Shown piece after piece: positions 27,231-32,000 of a stretch of 32,000 bases of DNA. The DNA lies in assembly GCA_947627975.1 (NCBI GenBank), contig CANQYB010000011.1, positions 3,762-35,761 on the forward strand. Direction: 5' to 3'. This stretch comes from an uncultured Bacilli bacterium. GTDB taxonomy: Bacteria > Bacillota_I > Bacilli_A > RF39 > UBA660. The first letter of the stretch is position 1; each line of letters starts with the position of its first letter. The notes beneath the pieces were generated by a model, which was not told the origin of the DNA, searched no databases, and was given only the letters and a program-made list of their open reading frames with translations. A program made the translations under genes and the position numbers.

Positions 27231-28091
27231 TTATTTCTTTTTTTTATTTTCTTTTTCCATAAGTATAATTTTAGCAGTTTGTAAAAAATTTATTTTTTCA
27301 TTTTGATAAAATTTATTTAAAATGTATTTTACTTTTTTTAAAATATCATCTTTTATTTGTTTTTTATTTTTTAAAGAAACAAAATCTTGATTAAATAATT
27401 CCTCAATTTTATTAAAAGTTAAATTTTTTTTCATTGTTACTATAGTTTTTTTTACAACTAAAAAATCATATTTAAGAACATAATCAATATATTCATCAGG
27501 TGTTAAATATCTAAAAATTCCATCTTTATTAATATTATCTATAAATGATTCTCCAAAATCATATGCGATAGGTATACTGCATCTTAAGGTATTTATATTT
27601 TGAATAATATTCATGTCAGATAAATTAGAGTTACAATTATTAATAATAGCGTTTAAAAAAATTATTATTTTTATTTGATTAATAATATTTTTTAACTCAC
27701 TATATGAAATACCCTTAATTAATAATAATTTTTTTTCTATGTATTGAAAATATTTAAAATAAACTTGTTCTTTTTTTTCAAAAATTAAATTTGGTTCTGA
27801 AATTTCAATATGTTTTTCGTCTTTTTTTAATACATAATATGAAAAAGCATAATGATTTTTTAAATTATCTTCCATAAGCGAAATAATTGCATGATTTACA
27901 TTGCATAATTCAAAAATTTGACTTCCTAACATTTCCCTTACATCATTATCATTTTCTTTAGTAGTCCCTACTTTTTTTAAAATACCATATTTATTATTCA
28001 TTTTATTGAAAGCAAAATAACAAACTGATTTACCACTTTTTATAAAAGAATAATTAATATTAGTTAATACATCTATATTCAACCTTTTCAT
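27231..28091 (-). CDS. Hypothetical protein (very weak HipA_C/kinase-like resemblance)
   Basis: Long ORF with a GGGGG-containing RBS region. I recognise no confident family. Confidence 0.5.
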   Translation of the reverse strand: MKRLNIDVLTNINYSFIKSGKSVCYFAFNKMNNKYGILKKVGTTKENDNDVREMLGSQIFELCNVNHAIISLMEDNLKNHYAFSYYVLKKDEKHIEISEPNLIFEKKEQVYFKYFQYIEKKLLLIKGISYSELKNIINQIKIIIFLNAIINNCNSNLSDMNIIQNINTLRCSIPIAYDFGESFIDNINKDGIFRYLTPDEYIDYVLKYDFLVVKKTIVTMKKNLTFNKIEELFNQDFVSLKNKKQIKDDILKKVKYILNKFYQNEKINFLQTAKIILMEKENKKKK

Positions 28092-28127
28092 ATTTACCCC
28101 CTAATAAAAAAATAATCTATAAAAAGA

Positions 28128-28430
28128 TTATCTCCTTCTTTTAGAATTATTAATAATTAATGTTACCCCAAGTATAATTAAAATTAATGGCCAAAAAATG
28201 TTATTTATTCCAGCAGGTAAAATATTTAAAGTTTCAAAAAAATACCATAATCCAATAAATGATATTATTGCATTAAAAGATGTTATTTTTTTCTCCTTAA
28301 TCATATTATATATACCTATTAATACCAAAGTTGCTGGCCACAATAAGTTCCAATTAATATTAAAATTAGGAATATATTCTTTTAATAAATATAATACCCC
28401 AATAACAACAGCAATAATTCCAATAATCAC
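28128..28430 (-). CDS. Small membrane protein (LiaI/LiaF-like TM region, DUF5668-like)
   Basis: 100 aa with four hydrophobic segments. IGVLYLLKEY...WPATLVLIGIY fits the pattern of that family. Confidence 0.5.
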   Translation of the reverse strand: MIIGIIAVVIGVLYLLKEYIPNFNINWNLLWPATLVLIGIYNMIKEKKITSFNAIISFIGLWYFFETLNILPAGINNIFWPLILIILGVTLIINNSKRRR

Positions 28431-28435
28431 TTAAA

Positions 28436-28756
28436 TCACTTCCTTTTTACTTTCATTAATATATTTTCAACTTTTTTAAAATATTCTTCAGTAGGTGGCA
28501 AATTAGTAGAATTTAATTTTTTAAATAAATCATTTAGTTCTTTTGCTATTTCAGGATTTCTTTGTTCAAGTTCATTAAAAAATTTATGTCCTTGCAAAGT
28601 TAATATACATCCATTATTTTTTGTCGTTTCTCCACCATTTCTCAAAGGTATTAAATGATGATATGTATATGGATTTTTCTTACTTCGTTCAAATCCCAAC
28701 CAATCAATTTTATCAGGCAAATATATTAATATTAAAAGTTTCAATATATCTTTCAT
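28436..28756 (-). CDS. Small HNH-motif protein
   Basis: YTYHHLIPLRNGGETTKNNGCILTLQGHKFFN has an HH...N...N...H arrangement typical of ~100-aa Firmicute HNH proteins. The usual N-terminal Cys pair is absent. Confidence 0.55.
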   Translation of the reverse strand: MKDILKLLILIYLPDKIDWLGFERSKKNPYTYHHLIPLRNGGETTKNNGCILTLQGHKFFNELEQRNPEIAKELNDLFKKLNSTNLPPTEEYFKKVENILMKVKRK

Positions 28757-28821
28757 ATTACACCACTATTCAAATATATTTTATATTTATTTTAAAATAT
28801 TTGCAACTATTTTGTAATTTT

Positions 28822-28850
28822 TTAAAAAAAAATATAGTTTTTAAACTATA
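28822..28850 (-). terminator. Rho-independent terminator after tRNA-Pro
   Basis: The minus strand reads TATAGT-TTAAAA-ACTATA followed by T9. Confidence 0.5.
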
Positions 28851-28887
28851 ATTTTATTTATTATTATATTATTAATTTTTAAATTAA

Positions 28888-28964
28888 TGGTCGAGAAGAC
28901 AGGATTCGAACCTGCGACCCCTTGGTCCCAAACCAAGTGCACTACCAAGCTGTGCTACTTCTCG
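28888..28964 (-). tRNA. tRNA-Pro (anticodon UGG), CCA encoded
   Basis: The reverse complement is CGAGAAGTAGCACAGCTTGGTAGTGCACTTGGTTTGGGACCAAGGGGTCGCAGGTTCGAATCCTGTCTTCTCGACCA. It folds as a cloverleaf: acceptor CGAGAAG/CTTCTCG, anticodon stem CTTGG/CCAAG, loop TTTGGGA and a GGTTCGAAT T-loop. Confidence 0.92.
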
Positions 28965-29094
28965 TTAATTACTTCTTTATTATAACATATTTAAAAAAAA
29001 ATAAAAGTAAAACTTTTATCTTTTTTTTATTATATGCAAAAATTTTATTTTTGTTTAAATTTATGATATAATTTTTTAATAAAGGAGAATGGTT

Positions 29095-29778
29095 ATGCAA
29101 TTAAAAATTAAAAGATTAGGAGCTTATATCATTGACATTATAATTATATCAATAGTTGCTTCTTTAATTAGTAATATTTCTTTTATAAATCCTAAGTTAA
29201 AAGATTATAAAAAAGATTATAATAATTATTTAAAGATATCCGAAAAATATCAAGAAAAAAAAATAACATCCAAAGAATACACAAAAAAAATATTAAATTA
29301 CTCATATTATCTTGAAAAAGACGCTATAATCACATCGATTATCTCTTTATCTTTAATGTTATTATATTTTGTTTTTTTTCAATGGTGGCAAAATGGACAA
29401 ACTTTTGGAAAAAAATTTATGAAATTAAAAGTTGAAAGCACCAATAACAAAAAAGTATCATTGGAAAGATACTTACTTAGATCTATCATATTATATAGTA
29501 TTTTATTTAAAATTACTAATATCATCACTATATCATCATTATCAATGGGCAATTATATAAAAGTTAATAATATTTTATATAATATTGAAACTGGAATAAG
29601 TTTCGTAGTTATTTTATCAATATTGATAAATAAAGAAGGTAGAGGATTACAAGATATTATTTGTTCAACAAAAGTTATTGATACAAGTAATAATAGTGAT
29701 AATAAATTAATAAAAGAAAAAGTTACTCAAGAAAATAATAAAACTAAAAATAAAAGGCCATTAAAAAAGACTAATTAA
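29095..29778 (+). CDS. RDD-family membrane protein
   Basis: RLGAYIIDIIIISIV, GQTFGKKFMKLKV and GRGLQDIICSTKVI fit the RDD pattern. I prefer the ATG at 29095 (GGAG 7 nt upstream). An extended -10 TGATATAAT lies at 29064..29072. Confidence 0.7.
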   Translation: MQLKIKRLGAYIIDIIIISIVASLISNISFINPKLKDYKKDYNNYLKISEKYQEKKITSKEYTKKILNYSYYLEKDAIITSIISLSLMLLYFVFFQWWQNGQTFGKKFMKLKVESTNNKKVSLERYLLRSIILYSILFKITNIITISSLSMGNYIKVNNILYNIETGISFVVILSILINKEGRGLQDIICSTKVIDTSNNSDNKLIKEKVTQENNKTKNKRPLKKTN

Positions 29779-29788
29779 TGGTTTTTTA

Positions 29789-29820
29789 TTATTTCAAAAA
29801 AAAAATAGTATTTTGAAATA
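29789..29820. terminator. Bidirectional terminator between the convergent RDD gene and rplT
   Basis: TATTTCAAAA-(11 nt)-TTTTGAAATA inverted repeat flanked by T/A runs. Confidence 0.45.
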
Positions 29821-29861
29821 ATATATACTATTTTTTAATTTGAATTAAATAATTTATTTTT

Positions 29862-30383
29862 TTATTTTAATTCTTTGATTAAATCATCTTTTTTCATTGT
29901 TGAATAGCCTTTTACTCCTTTTTCTTTTGCCATTGCTTTAAGCTCAGATAAAGTTTTAGAAGTTAAATCTTGTTTATCACTTTTTTCGGTTTTTGTAGTT
30001 TCATTTTTTACTTCTTTTTTTGGGCCATTTTTTAAAGCATTTTTAGAAATAATTACTAAATCTGCAAAAGATTTTTCATTATCTATAGCAAGTTCAGATA
30101 ACATTTTTCTATTAACTGTTATTCCGGCAATATTTAAACCATTTATAAATTTTGAATAACTTATATCATTAATTCTACAAGCAGCATTAATTCTTGTAAT
30201 CCAAAGTTTTCTAAAATCTCTTTTTTTAGCTCGACGATCACGGAACGCATATGCTCCAGAATGAAATACTTGTTCTTGAGCAGTTTTGTAAAGTCTATGT
30301 TTGCTTCCAAAATATCCTTTAGCCTGTTTTAATACTTTTCTTCTTCTGTTTTTAGAAACAGTTCCACCTTTAACTCTTGTCAT
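29862..30383 (-). CDS. rplT: 50S ribosomal protein L20 with a ~55-aa C-terminal extension
   Basis: Canonical L20 core ([21 protein letters not shown]...WITRINAA) up to about residue 117. An extra Lys/Glu-rich tail ends [29 protein letters not shown]. Confidence 0.95.
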   Translation of the reverse strand: MTRVKGGTVSKNRRRKVLKQAKGYFGSKHRLYKTAQEQVFHSGAYAFRDRRAKKRDFRKLWITRINAACRINDISYSKFINGLNIAGITVNRKMLSELAIDNEKSFADLVIISKNALKNGPKKEVKNETTKTEKSDKQDLTSKTLSELKAMAKEKGVKGYSTMKKDDLIKELK

Positions 30384-30397
30384 ATTTTATCTCCTTA

Positions 30398-30592
30398 CTA
30401 GATAACAGATTTTAGTCTGTTAACTTCTCCTTTACTTAATGTTCCTTGTTTTCTTCTTTGTCTTACTACTTTAGAACTATCCTTTGCTGTTTTATGATTA
30501 CCACCGGATTTTTTATAACTAACAGTACCATTTGGTCTAACTTTTAATACTTTTTTAGTAGCCTTATGAGTTTTTTGCTTACATTTTGCCAT
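30398..30592 (-). CDS. rpmI: 50S ribosomal protein L35
   Basis: A 64-aa basic protein between infC and rplT with L35-like sequence. Confidence 0.93.
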   Translation of the reverse strand: MAKCKQKTHKATKKVLKVRPNGTVSYKKSGGNHKTAKDSSKVVRQRRKQGTLSKGEVNRLKSVI

Positions 30593-30609
30593 AATTTAAA
30601 TCTTCCTTC

Positions 30610-31137
30610 CTATTTTTTAGGTGCTAATAACATATGAATTATACGACCTTCTAGATGAGGTTTTTGTTCAATAGTCGATACTTCGCTTAAAGACAAAGCA
30701 AATCGGTTTAAAACTTCTTCTCCAAGTTCTGGATGAGCCATTTGTCTGCCTAAAAATCTAATAGAAACCTTAACTTTATGTCCCTTTTGTAAATAAGAAT
30801 ACGCATTTTTTCTTCTTGTTTCAAAATCATGGACATCTATAGTTACTGATAACTTATATTCTTTTATATCTTTATTAGCTTCTCTTTGACGTTTTTGTTG
30901 TTCCTTATTTTTTTTCTGTTTCTCATATCGATATTTATTATAATCCATAACCTTGGCAACCGCAGGTGTTGAATTACCATTTAACAAAACTAAATCAAGC
31001 CCAGCATAATTTGCTAAGGTTAATGCATCAGTTAAATTTTTAATTCCCATTTTTTCACCATTTGGACCAATTACCATTAATTCAGCTACATTAATTTGAT
31101 CATTAATAAGTAGTGAATCATTTTTAGACTTTGCTAT
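30610..31137 (-). CDS. infC: Translation initiation factor IF-3 (non-canonical ATA start)
   Basis: The IF-3 sequence begins (I)AKSKNDSLLINDQINVAELMVIGPNGE. GGAGG (31143..31147) lies a few nt before the ATA at 31137..31135. Rare start codons are the known IF-3 autoregulatory feature. The track start at 31185 lies inside the leader terminator. Confidence 0.9.
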   Translation of the reverse strand: MAKSKNDSLLINDQINVAELMVIGPNGEKMGIKNLTDALTLANYAGLDLVLLNGNSTPAVAKVMDYNKYRYEKQKKNKEQQKRQREANKDIKEYKLSVTIDVHDFETRRKNAYSYLQKGHKVKVSIRFLGRQMAHPELGEEVLNRFALSLSEVSTIEQKPHLEGRIIHMLLAPKK

Positions 31138-31273
31138 ATTTCGCACCTCCATACATATAAAAAAGTGAATATAATATATATCCACTTATAACCACATCAA
31201 AAATATTTTAATTGGCTTTTTACCTATTGAGATTTTCAATCAGGTGGATATATATCGCTTTCCTTTTTTTAAC
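31138..31273 (-). promoter_or_regulatory. L20-leader-like transcription attenuator of infC-rpmI-rplT
   Basis: On the minus strand, GTGGATATATAT can pair in two ways. It pairs with upstream ATATATATCCAC (12 bp, antiterminator-like long-range helix). Alternatively it sits in AAGTGGATATA-TAT-TATATTCACTT plus a T-run (31157..31187, terminator). An inner hairpin reads ATTGA-AAATC-TCAAT. Confidence 0.55.
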
Positions 31274-31280
31274 AATATTA

Positions 31281-31309
31281 ATTATATGTATTATTTTATG
31301 TTTTGTCAA
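31281..31309 (-). promoter_or_regulatory. Consensus sigma-A promoter of the infC operon
   Basis: The minus strand reads TTGACA-N17-TATAAT, a perfect match in both hexamers. Confidence 0.7.
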
Positions 31310-31343
31310 CAATTTTATGCATAAAAACTACTTAATATTTTTA

Positions 31344-32000
31344 CTATTCTTGTAAAGCATTATAATTTTTTAATATTTCAACTTCTGTTAATGCTTTGTT
31401 ATATACTTTTATATTGGATATTATTCCTTTAAAATATAAACTATTAGAAAATCCAAGTTTTAAATTTTCTGTCGTAGGTTTTATTTTTCCAGGAATAGAT
31501 GTAGTTTTTATAAGTTTTCCATTTACATATAATTTTAAATTTGTTCCATCATATACACCAGCTGCATGATATTTACCAATTGAAATTTCTGCTGGTGCAT
31601 ATAGATGATCATTAGTATTAAAAATAAAATCTGCATACATACACCCTTTTTTATTAAGAGATAATGAATAACCACCAATATTTTTATTAATACTAGATAT
31701 TATATAACTATTCTGTAGTTCACTAATTTTAAATTCTGCCTCAACTGTTACATAATCATAATTAAGATTTCCTATTTCTACATAATCATTTGTTCCATCA
31801 AATGAAAGTCCTTCACTTGTTTTTGTTGCACCTTCTACTTTTCCATTATATCTATTTCCTGATTTGTCTATTAATGTTTCATCGGCATTTTCTAAACTTC
31901 TTTTATTATATAATAGTTCTAAGCCTTCTCTTACTATACTTTTATCTTTTTCTTCATAGCTTCCACTTTCTTTTATTCCTATTGTTCCCTCGATTGTTAA
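31344..32000 (-). CDS. LamG/concanavalin-A-like lectin domain protein, C-terminal 218 aa (5' end outside the window)
   Basis: The frame is open from the window edge to the stop at 31344. GLSFDGTNDYVEIGN...YHAAGVYDGTNLKLYVNGKL...GIISNIKVYNKALTEVEI is the classic Laminin_G_3 pattern. The track lists only the last 98 aa. Confidence 0.7.
   Translation of the reverse strand, partial: LTIEGTIGIKESGSYEEKDKSIVREGLELLYNKRSLENADETLIDKSGNRYNGKVEGATKTSEGLSFDGTNDYVEIGNLNYDYVTVEAEFKISELQNSYIISSINKNIGGYSLSLNKKGCMYADFIFNTNDHLYAPAEISIGKYHAAGVYDGTNLKLYVNGKLIKTTSIPGKIKPTTENLKLGFSNSLYFKGIISNIKVYNKALTEVEILKNYNALQE

Noticed and set aside
27231-28964. Genomic island or prophage integrated at the 3' end of tRNA-Pro (HNH, orphan genes)
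   Set aside because: I see no integrase or recombinase and no phage structural genes. No second copy of the tRNA 3' segment (ggattcgaacc.../gaagacagg) is visible in the window to serve as an att repeat.
31138-31185. ATG-started 191-aa version of infC
   Set aside because: That ATG lies inside the leader terminator hairpin and has no RBS. GGAGG followed by ATA matches the known non-canonical IF-3 start.
1-32000. Alternative genetic code (TGA=Trp, Mollicutes-like), given the extreme AT content
   Set aside because: TGA is used as a genuine stop: at the scpA end (129..131, followed 4 nt later by the scpB ATG) and at the ATPase and 136-aa gene ends. Conserved proteins have normal lengths under code 11.

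Overview
Very AT-rich (roughly three quarters A+T by eye) chromosomal segment from an endospore-forming Bacillota (Clostridia/Erysipelotrichia-like; the taxon cannot be fixed from this window). Almost all genes are on the minus strand. Left third: scpB (partial), scpA, a sigF-type sporulation cluster (STAS antagonist, sigF-like sigma, spoVAC/AD/AE), rhomboid protease, rluD, lspA, ylmC, sigG and rpoZ. Middle: a DUF2779-type nuclease translationally coupled to an orphan pseudopilin, a CotD-like coat protein, the str operon (rpsL-rpsG-fusA-tuf) and a phosphohexomutase. An accessory insert of about 5 kb follows (about 17.6-22.6 kb). It holds a self-contained three-gene operon: (1) an AAA+ MoxR/AAA_5-like ATPase with a sensor-like N-terminal module, (2) a P-loop-less paralogue of that ATPase core, and (3) an HExxH metallopeptidase-like/VWA protein of the DUF2201 type. 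Immediately upstream lies a heavily decayed diversity-generating retroelement (DGR) cassette: an Avd-like four-helix-bundle relic plus an RT relic. The RT relic has the DGR-diagnostic LGxxxSQ motif, frameshifts, in-frame stops and no YxDD box. Right third: phosphoketolase, a PBP5-type carboxypeptidase, a DUF1003 protein, small orphan genes, an HNH protein, tRNA-Pro(UGG), an RDD protein, infC-rpmI-rplT with an L20-leader-like attenuator, and a truncated LamG-domain gene. The best candidate for an undescribed system is the ATPase/VWA operon together with its DGR relic. All family calls come from motif recognition by eye; no database searches were run.
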